From: Candidatus Pacearchaeota archaeon
GTDB lineage: Archaea > Nanobdellota > Nanobdellia > Pacearchaeales > GW2011-AR1
Assembly (NCBI GenBank): GCA_041660485.1
Contig: JBAZWF010000001.1
Span: forward strand, 474,224 to 538,223
Reading direction: 5' to 3'
DNA length: 64,000 nt
In this document: positions 1 to 9,414 of the stretch, in pieces
Layout of the letters: every line of letters begins with the position of its first letter
Numbering within the stretch: the first letter of the stretch is position 1
Translations under genes and position numbers: made by a program
The notes under the pieces: generated by a model
Told to the model about the DNA's origin: nothing
What the model saw: the letters and a program-made list of their open reading frames with translations, nothing else
The model's database searches: none

Positions 1-269
1 GACACGGAATATACAGATTCACAGAAATGGCTGATTCACATATAGGATTTATCGCAGCAGCAGGAACTGTTGCAAGCCTCATTGTCGCAGTTATTTGTTA
101 TATTGCAAATTTCCCAGAAATATCAAGACTTTGTATTTATTACTCAGCATTTTCACTTGTTCCATACGGAAATCTCGACGGAACTAAAATATTCATTGGT
201 AGCAGAATACTTTGGATTTCACTTATAATCTTAGTTGCAATATTTTTCGGATTTACATTTGTTCCTTAA
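1..269 (+). CDS. membrane protein, 3' fragment open to the left window edge (possibly M50/site-2-protease-like C-terminus)
   Basis: ORF track 27..269. The same frame has no stop upstream to base 3. Hydrophobic helices; 'VPYGNLDGTKIF' resembles the PxxxLDG motif at the end of M50 peptidases. Confidence 0.35.
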   Translation, partial: HGIYRFTEMADSHIGFIAAAGTVASLIVAVICYIANFPEISRLCIYYSAFSLVPYGNLDGTKIFIGSRILWISLIILVAIFFGFTFVP

Positions 270-381
270 ATCTCATACTTCTTAAATAACTCATACGATT
301 ATAGTTTAATATATTTAAGAATAAAAATTAATATCTAAAAAATATAAAGAAAAAAAGAATAAGAAAAAAATAAAAATTTAT

Positions 382-912
382 TTATGCACACACTGCAGTA
401 AATGATGCTTTATCTACTCCACCACTCATGGAATAAACAACTGCAAGTACTTTTATTGAATTGCCATCTTTTAGTTTATGTAATTGATTTGCACGAGGAG
501 TAAGCAAAGTAGCTGCCTCATTACTTATCAAATTTCCATTAAGGTCAGCATATGATACTTTAAATGTTGCTCCATCACTACCTACATAGTCTAATTTTAC
601 AGCATATGTTCGACCGCAGAAAGTATAAGCATTCATCTCTCCTTCACTCATTGATGCTCCAAGAAGAATAGGAGCTGAATATAAAGGACCTAAATCTTTT
701 TTTGTCTGCACATAAACTGCACCTAATCTTTCATTAATCTCAGTTTGATTAAAAGTTTCAGAGGTAGTATAAACTTTATTAGTTGCAAACGGATAATTAT
801 AAGCTTTTATTGCATTTCCACTTATATTTGCACCAATAACACCTGCTAAAAGTCCAACAATAACTACTGCACCTAAAACAACCCAAATTTGTTTATTATC
901 TTCCATTTTCAC
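382..912 (-). CDS. N-terminally membrane-anchored/secreted hypothetical protein
   Basis: 176-aa ORF with one N-terminal hydrophobic helix (IWVVLGAVVIVGLLAGVIGA); no recognisable catalytic motif. Confidence 0.5.
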   Translation of the reverse strand: MKMEDNKQIWVVLGAVVIVGLLAGVIGANISGNAIKAYNYPFATNKVYTTSETFNQTEINERLGAVYVQTKKDLGPLYSAPILLGASMSEGEMNAYTFCGRTYAVKLDYVGSDGATFKVSYADLNGNLISNEAATLLTPRANQLHKLKDGNSIKVLAVVYSMSGGVDKASFTAVCA

Positions 913-1042
913 CTCCTTTCATCAAATATTAATCTTAAATGATATAAATATATCAAATAAATAGCATATTTATACCTTATTGTTTTTTAATATTAATAAA
1001 TCAAATACAAAATCTTATATAATCTTAAAATCTCAGGAGCAT

Positions 1043-2629
1043 ATGGAAGAGGACAACATTGAAAAGTTTCTTATAGATATAAAACCCCGAGATTATCAAA
1101 AAGCAATTGTAGAAAAATGTAAAAATAAAAATTCACTAATTATCCTGCCAACAGGCATAGGTAAAACCCTTATTGCTTTAATGTTAATCATTGAAAGAAT
1201 GCAGAAATTCCCTCTTGAAAAAATAGTTTTTCTTGCACCTACAAAGCCCCTAGCAGAACAACATTTTAGTTATTTTAAAAAACATCTTCCAGAGCTATTT
1301 GCCCAAATTGATTTATTTACAGGCAAAGTAGAAGCCTCAAACCGAAAAAAAATATGGCAAAGCACAGATATAATATTTTCAACACCACAATGTATTGCTA
1401 ATGACATAAAGAAAAACTTATATGATTTAAACAATGTTTCCCTATTAATTGAAGATGAAGCACATAGATGTGTTAAAAATTATTCCTATACATATGTAGC
1501 TAAAAAATATTCAGAACAAGCAGAACATCCCAGAATTCTTGGACTTACAGCTTCTCCAGGAACAGACAAAAAAACAATTAAATTAATATGTGAAAATTTA
1601 ATGATAGAAGAAGTTGAGATTCGTACAAGAGAAAGTGAAGATGTAAAAGAATATCTGCAAGAATTAGATTTTCAAACAATTAAAATTGAATTTCCAGAAA
1701 GATTTAAGCAAATTCGTGATTTGCTTCAATCAATTTTTATTAAAAAAGTAGAAGAACTAAAAAATAGAAAACTTCTTTTTGGTCCTCCAAATAAGATAGT
1801 AATTCTTGAAACTCAAAAAAGAATTATGCGTTCAATTGCAACCGGAAATAAAAATGGAAATATGTTTGCAGGAGCTTCTGCCTGTGCACAAGCACTTAAA
1901 ATACAACATGCAATTGAACTAATTGAAACTCAAACATTATATGGATTAGATAATTATCTTCAAGGCATGTTTCAACAAGCAAAAGAAAATAAAAGTAAGG
2001 CAGTAAAAATTTTAGTTTCTCTGCCAGAATTTAATAAAGCATATACAATCTTGCAAGAACTACTAGCAGAAAATCTTGAGCATCCTAAACTTTTAGAATT
2101 AAAAGATCTAATTGAATCAAGATTAAAAGAAAATCCTAAAGCAAAAACAATTATTTTCTCCCAATATAGAGATAGTGTAACAAGAATTTCAAGAGAGCTT
2201 AATAAAATTGAAAATGCAAATGCAAAAGTTTTTGTCGGACAAGCAAAAAAAACAAATAAAGGCCAAGAAGATACTGGATTATCACAAATAGAACAAAAAC
2301 AGATTATAAATCAATTTTCAACAGGAGAATTTAATATTTTATGTGCAACTTCGATTGGTGAAGAAGGTTTAGATATTCCTGAGGTCAATACAGTTATTTT
2401 TTATGAACCTGTTCCTTCAGCAATTAGAAAAATTCAGCGTGCAGGACGTACAGCACGTTTAATGCCTGGAGAATTAATAATGCTAATAACAAAAGGAACT
2501 CGAGATGAAACATATTATTGGGCAGCAAACAGCAAAGAAAAGCGAATGCACAAAGCAATTAAAGAAATCAAAGAAGATTTTGACAATAATAAAATAGATA
2601 ATTTAAGTGAGCAGAAAAAGTTATTTTAA
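1043..2629 (+). CDS. hef: Hef/FANCM-type SF2 DNA helicase (helicase part only)
   Basis: Motifs 'LPTGIGKT' (I), 'EDEAHR' (II, DEAH), 'TASP' (III), 'QRAGRTAR' (VI), with a helical insertion between the RecA lobes. The ORF-track start at 980 is a TTG; the ATG at 1043 preceded by 'caggagc' is the likelier start. Confidence 0.85.
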   Translation: MEEDNIEKFLIDIKPRDYQKAIVEKCKNKNSLIILPTGIGKTLIALMLIIERMQKFPLEKIVFLAPTKPLAEQHFSYFKKHLPELFAQIDLFTGKVEASNRKKIWQSTDIIFSTPQCIANDIKKNLYDLNNVSLLIEDEAHRCVKNYSYTYVAKKYSEQAEHPRILGLTASPGTDKKTIKLICENLMIEEVEIRTRESEDVKEYLQELDFQTIKIEFPERFKQIRDLLQSIFIKKVEELKNRKLLFGPPNKIVILETQKRIMRSIATGNKNGNMFAGASACAQALKIQHAIELIETQTLYGLDNYLQGMFQQAKENKSKAVKILVSLPEFNKAYTILQELLAENLEHPKLLELKDLIESRLKENPKAKTIIFSQYRDSVTRISRELNKIENANAKVFVGQAKKTNKGQEDTGLSQIEQKQIINQFSTGEFNILCATSIGEEGLDIPEVNTVIFYEPVPSAIRKIQRAGRTARLMPGELIMLITKGTRDETYYWAANSKEKRMHKAIKEIKEDFDNNKIDNLSEQKKLF

Positions 2630-3358
2630 ATCACTATAAATAAGTCTATGATCAGAATAGCCTTCTAAAGCTCCGCTTTTTTCAACTTTAAATCCTTTTA
2701 CAAAAATATGATCAATATCATCAAATTTAATATGTTTCAACCATCTTGTATTACTACAGGTTTTAATTTCACATGATGCTAAGTTTAACGTATCAAAAAA
2801 CTGTCCGAGTTTTTCAAAGCTCATATTAAAATCTCCCATAAGAATAAGTTTTCCTTCAATCTTTAAAATATATCTTTGTAAAAAAGCAATTTGTCTCATA
2901 TAAAGTTTTCTTTTTGTAGGAATAGCCATATGAACGTGAATAATATTAGTATCTAATTTAGGTATATAACAATGAACCATTCCTCCACCCCCATAAAAAG
3001 TATTTTTAATTGGAAACCCTTCAACTTCAATTTGCTTGCACTCAAATTTTGAAGCTATAGCAGCCATAATGCCTATTTTACTATATTTTTTAGTATGTCC
3101 ATTTGCAAAAAAAACATAAGGATAGCCAATTTGAAAAAGTTTTTCTCTAAGAGCACCTTCATGATCTTCAAGTATTTCACAAATCCCTACAATATCTGCT
3201 TTTGAACTAACAACTACCTCTGCAGTTCTATCAATTGAAGCTTTAGCATAGATATTATCTGATTTTTTCCTAAAATTTACAGATAAATAGCTTAAAACTG
3301 TTGAATGTAGTCTTGTACCATCTAATGCAAACATTTGATTATATGTCGCAATTCGCAT
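2621..3358 (-). CDS. endonuclease/exonuclease/phosphatase (EEP) family protein
   Basis: 'LMGDFN' and C-terminal 'YSDHRL' motifs typical of the EEP fold. Convergent with the helicase gene, with a 9-nt overlap. Confidence 0.7.
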   Translation of the reverse strand: MRIATYNQMFALDGTRLHSTVLSYLSVNFRKKSDNIYAKASIDRTAEVVVSSKADIVGICEILEDHEGALREKLFQIGYPYVFFANGHTKKYSKIGIMAAIASKFECKQIEVEGFPIKNTFYGGGGMVHCYIPKLDTNIIHVHMAIPTKRKLYMRQIAFLQRYILKIEGKLILMGDFNMSFEKLGQFFDTLNLASCEIKTCSNTRWLKHIKFDDIDHIFVKGFKVEKSGALEGYSDHRLIYSDLK

Positions 3359-3408
3359 CAGTTAAGGTGTAAAAGATAATATTTAAAGCTTAAGTATTTG
3401 GTTTTATC

Positions 3409-4098
3409 ATGCCAGAATTATATGAAATTTTCTCAAAAAAGAAAGCTCCAGAAACAATAAAACCTATAATTATAGTCGATAATCACGAAAAAAATTCACT
3501 AGTTGCTTCTGAAATTATTCATCAAGGAGGAGAAGTAAATTTTAAGCATTTAGAAGTTGGAGATTACCTTGTAGGAAATGCAGTTATTGAAAGAAAAACT
3601 ATAAGTGACTTTATCTCATCAATGATAAATAAACGCTTGCTGAAACAACTAGAAAATATGCTCCCAATTGAAAATAGAATATTAATTATTGAAGGCATAG
3701 AAGAACATGAATTATATCATGAACAATCAGATATAAATGAAAATGCAATTCGTGGATTCATGCTTTCAATTATATTAAAATATAAAACTCCTATTTTGTT
3801 AACAAAAGACTATATAGATACAGCAAAATTTCTTTTAGTATTAGCAAGAAGACAAGATAAAGAAACAAGTCTCTTTATAAGAAGAAAAGCTTCTAATTCA
3901 AAAGAGCAAATTCAATATATTGTTGAAGGTTTTCCAGGAATTGGCCCAAAAAGCGCAAAAAAGCTTCTTCAAGAGTTTAAAACAATAAAAAATATTATTA
4001 ATGCTTCTCAAGAAGAGTTGGAAAAAATTATAGGAAAGAAAGCTGAAATATTTAAACTTTTAAACCAAGACTTTCAAGAGTTGAATGATAATAAGTAG
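3409..4098 (+). CDS. xpf: XPF/ERCC4-type structure-specific nuclease with C-terminal (HhH)2
   Basis: ERCC4 signature 'GDY...IERKTISD' (GDXnERKX3D) and 'GFPGIGPKSAKKLLQEF' helix-hairpin-helix. Confidence 0.85.
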   Translation: MPELYEIFSKKKAPETIKPIIIVDNHEKNSLVASEIIHQGGEVNFKHLEVGDYLVGNAVIERKTISDFISSMINKRLLKQLENMLPIENRILIIEGIEEHELYHEQSDINENAIRGFMLSIILKYKTPILLTKDYIDTAKFLLVLARRQDKETSLFIRRKASNSKEQIQYIVEGFPGIGPKSAKKLLQEFKTIKNIINASQEELEKIIGKKAEIFKLLNQDFQELNDNK

Positions 4099-4459
4099 CA
4101 TTTTCATTTAAAACTTTTTTAGTTAAATTATCAATGTCTTCAGAAGTATAATCTCTTGTAACCTTTACTCTAACAACATCTCCGTGTTTTGAAGGAGAAA
4201 CAATAGTCATGTAACTTTCTTGCCCTTTATCACAGAATAACGCCCAATGACACGGATGATGTAATTGAATAACAACTTTTTTATCAATATCTAAATAATT
4301 TGAAAGTCGAGTTCTTAATTTTTCATCAAATTCTTCTAAGGGTAAATTTTTTCTAGCAAGATCAGAAGCCTCGTATATATATGTTCGAACAAATTTATCC
4401 ATATTAAACTTGCCGTTTTGTGGTTTTTTTAATGTTTCCATTAAAATAGTGTTAGTCAA
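4052..4459 (-). CDS. hypothetical protein
   Basis: 135-aa ORF with no recognisable motif; 3' end overlaps the xpf 3' end. Confidence 0.4.
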   Translation of the reverse strand: MTNTILMETLKKPQNGKFNMDKFVRTYIYEASDLARKNLPLEEFDEKLRTRLSNYLDIDKKVVIQLHHPCHWALFCDKGQESYMTIVSPSKHGDVVRVKVTRDYTSEDIDNLTKKVLNENATYYHSTLESLGLKV

Positions 4460-4696
4460 AGTTTGTTTAAAAACAAGATTATTCTAAAATATAATCATTG
4501 CACTACAAAAGTTATTTAAATCAACAAATTCTTTCTTAGTTATATTTTAACAGTATATTATTTTCCAGCTGTTAAAATGTTTGAAAAATTCTATTTTTTC
4601 TATTAAGAAGTTAATACAAATAAATAAAGTATAATCAATTTAATTAATAATAAATTAGCAATGTCAGACAGCATATATTTCCAGATATTATAATAT

Positions 4697-4715
4697 CATT
4701 TCGCTTAGCGAAATG
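4697..4715. repeat. perfect 8-bp stem / 3-nt loop hairpin (catttcgc-tta-gcgaaatg), member of a dispersed intergenic hairpin family
   Basis: Read directly. Flanks (atataat..ca(t)tttcgc) resemble the copy at 19847..19869. Confidence 0.6.
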
Positions 4716-4829
4716 GACAAAAAGTTGACTAATTAAAGGAAGGTAGAGCCGAGAAATTTTGCGAGGTTTGGCAAAGGTCTAGATGAGCAAAGTTTTGAGT
4801 AAGTAGGAAAACTTGGTTTCCTGCGCTTT

Positions 4830-5630
4830 TTAAGCAATCATCTCCCCCAACAACTTTGAACCCAGCTTAACAGTTACATTATTAAAATCTTTTTCAGGGT
4901 TTATTTCAGCTATATCAATAACTTTAACACCTTTTAACAAATTAAGCCTTTGAATAAAATAAACCAGCTGTCTGCTTGTTAATCCTCCACTTTCACTATG
5001 GGCAGTTCCAGGCACAAAAACACTATCAACAACATCAATATCAATAGAAAGATAAATTTGATATTTATTTGCCTGTTCCATAACAATATCACATATTTCT
5101 TGAAAATCAATTAAATCTTTCATTTGATAAACCCTTATTTTATTTTCCTGTAAAAACATATTTTCTTCAAGTGAGCTTTTTCTAAGCCCAATTAAAATAA
5201 TTTTGTCTTTTGGAAAACCCTTATCAATTAATTTTCTTAACCATTGAACATTATTTGCTACATTATTACCATAATCCTTGCAATCAGGATGTGCATCAAA
5301 TACAATTAAAAACGGCTGTTTATCTTCACTCTCACAAACATCTGCAAATGCTTTGCCAATTGGATAACTAATTGAGTGGTCTCCACCAAGAAAGATTACT
5401 TTATCATTATTAGAAATTAAATCCATTGACTCTTGATAAATAATTTCTTCAACATCTGCATCATTTTTACCATTAAATTCCAATTTTTTTATATCAAGTT
5501 TCTCTTTAACAGCTTGTCTTCCATTCTCGCCTGTATAAATATCATCTAAGTTTTTTACAATTTCTTCCGGCGCTTTTCTGCACCCAAGTGCATCATTACT
5601 GTTTTCTGCAGGAGCTTGAATGATTATCAT
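4830..5630 (-). CDS. arginase/agmatinase/formiminoglutamase-family ureohydrolase
   Basis: Mn-binding motifs 'GGDHSISYP', 'FDAHPD', 'SIDIDVVD'. Confidence 0.85.
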   Translation of the reverse strand: MIIIQAPAENSNDALGCRKAPEEIVKNLDDIYTGENGRQAVKEKLDIKKLEFNGKNDADVEEIIYQESMDLISNNDKVIFLGGDHSISYPIGKAFADVCESEDKQPFLIVFDAHPDCKDYGNNVANNVQWLRKLIDKGFPKDKIILIGLRKSSLEENMFLQENKIRVYQMKDLIDFQEICDIVMEQANKYQIYLSIDIDVVDSVFVPGTAHSESGGLTSRQLVYFIQRLNLLKGVKVIDIAEINPEKDFNNVTVKLGSKLLGEMIA

Positions 5631-5680
5631 GTTGATAAGTAAAACAATAAACTTATAAATATTGTTAGACTAATTAAATA

Positions 5681-6526
5681 ATGTTTGAGAAATTAGGTAC
5701 TGGATGGAATCTTACTAAACAAAGCCTTAAGGCTCTAAAGGCAGATAAAGAAATAATTTTATTTCCAATTCTCTCTGCAATAATTACTATTATTTTAACT
5801 TTAGTTTTCTTCGGACTTTTCATATTAACTTCTTTAACCGGACAGGCAATTAACCAATCACTTGGAGCAATATTGTTTTATATAATTATTTTTGTATATA
5901 TAATTTTAACTTATTTTATTACACTTTTCTTTAAATCTGCAATTATAACCTCTGCATCAATAAGATTTAATGGGCAAAATCCTTCATTTTCTCAGGGATT
6001 ATCTCTTCCATTAAAAAAGATATTTAAAATATTTTTATGGGCTATAATTTATGGAATTATTAACTCTATTATTTCCGTAATTTCAAGAGCTGGAAAGGGA
6101 AAATCAAGAAATGTTCAAATGGCTACACAAGTAGGAGGTTCAACACTTAAAACTATTTGGAACTTACTAACTTTCTTTGTATTGCCAGTAATTTTATTTG
6201 AAAATGTATCTTTTTTTAGTTCATTTGCAAGATCTAAAGAACTATTTGTAAAAAATTGGCAAGAAAGTATTGGTTCAAGGATTTCTATGGGCGGAGTATT
6301 TTCAATAATTATAATAATTGCAGCTATTCCTCTTTTAATTTCATTTTTTATTGGAATAAGTATATTAACAATAGTTATGCTACTTTTGTTTTTCTTATGT
6401 TTTACAATTGTTCTTGTTTTAGCAACAAGTGCAAATGGTATTCTTACAGCAGCACTTTATCATTATGCAACAACTGGCAAGATGCCAAGCATCTATGATA
6501 AAGAATTGACAAAGAGTTTGGAATAA
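5681..6526 (+). CDS. multi-pass membrane protein
   Basis: 281-aa ORF with at least 6 hydrophobic segments. Confidence 0.6.
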   Translation: MFEKLGTGWNLTKQSLKALKADKEIILFPILSAIITIILTLVFFGLFILTSLTGQAINQSLGAILFYIIIFVYIILTYFITLFFKSAIITSASIRFNGQNPSFSQGLSLPLKKIFKIFLWAIIYGIINSIISVISRAGKGKSRNVQMATQVGGSTLKTIWNLLTFFVLPVILFENVSFFSSFARSKELFVKNWQESIGSRISMGGVFSIIIIIAAIPLLISFFIGISILTIVMLLLFFLCFTIVLVLATSANGILTAALYHYATTGKMPSIYDKELTKSLE

Positions 6527-6529
6527 GAT

Positions 6530-6630
6530 ATTTAGTAAACATCCCATATTAGTTTGTGCTACGCAAAACCTTGCTAATTTTAAGCTGTTTAAACATAGAT
6601 GAATTAGTTATATAATCTCAATCTCATAAA
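6530..6630. repeat. about 100-nt dispersed intergenic repeat, copy A (contains bulged hairpin gtttgtgc-tac-gcaaaac)
   Basis: Aligns by eye with 19719..19815 ('ccc[a/t]tat[t/a]ag[t/a]tttgtgct[a/t]cgcaaaacc ... aattagtt[-/t]ata[t/c]aa[-/a]tctcaatc'). 'tttagtaaacatcccat' recurs at 19873..19890. Confidence 0.6.
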
Positions 6631-6714
6631 ATATTTAGGCGTATAGATTACTAATAATTGTAATAACTTGTGAAGCAAGCAAAAAAGCCGAGGGCTTTGC
6701 CCGAGGCGTATATT

Positions 6715-7362
6715 TTACACAAAAATCCCCTTTTTCAAGAACCAAAGTCCAAGTATAACTAATAATACAACCATTAATATTCTTCCGTATTTTCTTAAAA
6801 GTCTGCCTAAAAACTCAAGAATCTTCTTAGAAGATTTAGGGAAAATGAAATAAATTAAAAGAGGTAAAGCAGCAGCCATAATAAGCATTATACTAGAAAA
6901 CAAAAATAAAATAAATTGATTAAAAATAGCAATTCCAGATTCAGAAATTTCATTTATTGAAATTAAATAAAGTGCTTCAGCATCAATATTACTAATACTT
7001 GCAATAAAACCCAAACCAAAAAACAACCATAATTTAATTATATTTCCTTCTTTTTTATTAGGAGCTTTTTCTTTTCTCTCATAAAAATAAACTTTATATG
7101 CAAATACTAAAAGTAAAATTCCAAATATAATATCTAAAACCCGGACAGCACCTGAAAAATTATCATGCAAACTTGTTCCAATAAACATCCAAGCTAAAAA
7201 TAAAATAATCAAAGTTAAAATATTCCCAAGAAGAAACAAAAAGCTCTTGGTTATTGGCTTAACTTTGCTGCTTAATAAAAGAACAGCAACTGCAAATATG
7301 CCTGGAGAAAGAAGAAGCATTCCAAACCCAAGTGTCAACACCTCAATAATTAAACTTAACAT
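6715..7362 (-). CDS. multi-pass membrane protein
   Basis: 215-aa ORF with about 6 hydrophobic helices. Confidence 0.6.
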   Translation of the reverse strand: MLSLIIEVLTLGFGMLLLSPGIFAVAVLLLSSKVKPITKSFLFLLGNILTLIILFLAWMFIGTSLHDNFSGAVRVLDIIFGILLLVFAYKVYFYERKEKAPNKKEGNIIKLWLFFGLGFIASISNIDAEALYLISINEISESGIAIFNQFILFLFSSIMLIMAAALPLLIYFIFPKSSKKILEFLGRLLRKYGRILMVVLLVILGLWFLKKGIFV

Positions 7363-7423
7363 ATAATTATATTAGTTTATAGCTTAAAAATCCTTTTGAT
7401 TTCTGTTTATTACTAATTAATCT

Positions 7424-7726
7424 TCAAGCATAAACTTCTTCAACACCCTTGACTAAATTCCAATCTAATTTAATTAATTGTTTAACTGCAGGATTTTGAA
7501 CATTTAATTTATATAAATCAGATTTTCCAACTCTTCTTGTTTTTATAACAATTTTATTTTTTTCCAGCTTATCCCAAAATGTCTGCAAAGTTGAGTAGCT
7601 TACTCCAGAATTTTTAGCAATTTCAGTCATAGGATAATCAAATAACTGAAAAGTTATAAGAAAATCTAAAACTTTCATTATAGGATTGTTTCCAAATACC
7701 TCAATAAAAACTGTTTCTTCTGTCAT
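7424..7726 (-). CDS. small winged-helix transcriptional regulator
   Basis: 'MTEIAKNSGVSYSTLQTFWDKLEKNKIVIKTRRVGKSDLYKLN' reads as HTH plus wing. Confidence 0.55.
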   Translation of the reverse strand: MTEETVFIEVFGNNPIMKVLDFLITFQLFDYPMTEIAKNSGVSYSTLQTFWDKLEKNKIVIKTRRVGKSDLYKLNVQNPAVKQLIKLDWNLVKGVEEVYA

Positions 7727-7823
7727 AATTATCTTAACTAAAACCTCTTTTTAAATGTTTCTATTTATGTTTTTATATTACAATATTAGAAACATTTAAA
7801 AATACTAATTAATTATATTATTA

Positions 7824-8105
7824 ATGGATTTTAGTGATGAAGATAAAATAAAAGCTACTATCTTATATCATTTAAGAAGAAAAAAAGTAATTGGTGGAGT
7901 TCATACTCCTTTTGATACTGTTAAAAGAGGATTTCCATCACATATTGGAAAAGATATAGAAAAAACAGCTAAAGAATTAATTCGAGAAGGATTAATATTC
8001 ACAAAACCTACAAATCAGGGCATCCATATTTCACTAAATAAAGATAGATTAAAAGAAGTCGAAGAATTTATCTTCAAAGTTTTAGGATATACTTTTGAGA
8101 TTTAA
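7824..8105 (+). CDS. hypothetical protein (possible wHTH)
   Basis: 93-aa ORF divergent from 7424..7726. Confidence 0.4.
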   Translation: MDFSDEDKIKATILYHLRRKKVIGGVHTPFDTVKRGFPSHIGKDIEKTAKELIREGLIFTKPTNQGIHISLNKDRLKEVEEFIFKVLGYTFEI

Positions 8106-8109
8106 TCTC

Positions 8110-9303
8110 CTATTTCTCAGGCACCAATGCAAAAAAACTATAATCTTTTATATCTGCCATTTGTTTGACATCTTTAAGTTTAACAGCTTTTATTTTCTCA
8201 ATATATTTCTCAGCATCTCGTGCATCTTTAACCAACTCACTTGTTAACAAATTAACCATAACTCCTTGCGAATCTTCCTGAGAGATTAAATAATTCCCAA
8301 TTATCTGCTCTTTAACCTGATTAAGCTCTTTTTCCTGAAGATTATTTTTAACTTTAACAAACTCTTCTAAAATTAGTTTCTTAATAGCTTCAACATTTTC
8401 AGGCATTGCACCAACGTAAATCTGGTTGTAAGCATAATCTCTTTCAGTTGCTGTATCTCCTTTAACTGCATAAGCTAAATTTCTTTTTTCTCTTATTTCT
8501 GAAAATAATCTTGAAGACATTCCACCAGCCATTAATGTGCTTAAAACCTGTGCAGCATGATGCTTTTCTTCATTAGGCATGGGTACATGATAAGCAAAAA
8601 CTAAATTTGCCTGGTCAATGCTCTTTCTTTTTTCAATTTCACTGCCATTTTTAATTTCAACCTTAGGATAACTTGTTTTTCTATTGCCCTTTTTAAAATT
8701 CTTCTCAGCAAATTTACATAATTTATTAAAATTTGCGTCTCCAACAACACACAAGATCATATTTTCAGGAACATAAATCTCATCAAACAACTTTTTCAGT
8801 CTTTCATGAGTATTTGACATCATTGATTCGCGAGTTCCAATAATTGGAATTGAAAAGTCTCCTTTATACATTAAACTTTTAACTTTATCAAAAACATGCA
8901 TTCTTGGATTATCATGATACATTTTCATTTCTTCAAAAATAACCTGTCTTTCTTTATTCATTTCTTTTTCATTAAATAACGGGTTTTTCACCATATCACT
9001 TAAAACATTAAGGGCAATATCTAAATGCTTACTTGGCATTTTACACCAAAAAGCAGTAATTTGTTCAGCTGTAAATCCATTAAGCTCTCCCCCATTTTTT
9101 TCAATTTCCTCAGAGATTTGCTGAGTATTTCTAGTTGGTGTTCCTTTATACAACATATGCTCAATAAAATGAGCAATTCCTTTATTTTCCTTAGTCTCAT
9201 TAATTGCTCCAAAACGAACTGCAAATGCAACACTAACCACCTTATTTGCTCTTTTTTTAAAAACAACAGTCATTCCATTTTTCAGAACCTTTCTCTGTAT
9301 CAT
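8110..9303 (-). CDS. M16 (pitrilysin/insulinase) family zinc peptidase
   Basis: Inverted zinc motif 'HFIEH' (HxxEH) near the N-terminus, downstream 'E' region, and about 400-aa two-domain length. Confidence 0.85.
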   Translation of the reverse strand: MIQRKVLKNGMTVVFKKRANKVVSVAFAVRFGAINETKENKGIAHFIEHMLYKGTPTRNTQQISEEIEKNGGELNGFTAEQITAFWCKMPSKHLDIALNVLSDMVKNPLFNEKEMNKERQVIFEEMKMYHDNPRMHVFDKVKSLMYKGDFSIPIIGTRESMMSNTHERLKKLFDEIYVPENMILCVVGDANFNKLCKFAEKNFKKGNRKTSYPKVEIKNGSEIEKRKSIDQANLVFAYHVPMPNEEKHHAAQVLSTLMAGGMSSRLFSEIREKRNLAYAVKGDTATERDYAYNQIYVGAMPENVEAIKKLILEEFVKVKNNLQEKELNQVKEQIIGNYLISQEDSQGVMVNLLTSELVKDARDAEKYIEKIKAVKLKDVKQMADIKDYSFFALVPEK

Positions 9304-9414
9304 TTGGACGCTCCTTTAAGGACAAATGATATTCTAAAAATCTTTGATTTTCTCTGTATCATATTAATAAAAACATTTTATCATTTTTAAAACTGCTGGT
9401 TGAAAAATTTAATG

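Noticed and set aside
6256-6498. Same-strand alternative-frame ORF inside membrane protein gene 5681..6526
   Set aside because: The Asn/Tyr/Ser/Cys-rich translation looks like an out-of-frame artefact, while the long frame gives coherent TM helices.
6684-6708. gccgagggctttgcccgaggc as a GC-rich terminator hairpin
   Set aside because: The two halves are direct repeats (GCCGAGG / GCCCGAGG), not inverted, so no stable stem forms. It is kept only as a note within the dispersed-repeat finding.
9021-9390. ORFs 9021..9266 (-) and 9025..9390 (+) overlapping the M16 peptidase gene
   Set aside because: The M16 frame carries the HxxEH motif and full-length similarity. The alternatives have no motifs and overlap it almost entirely.
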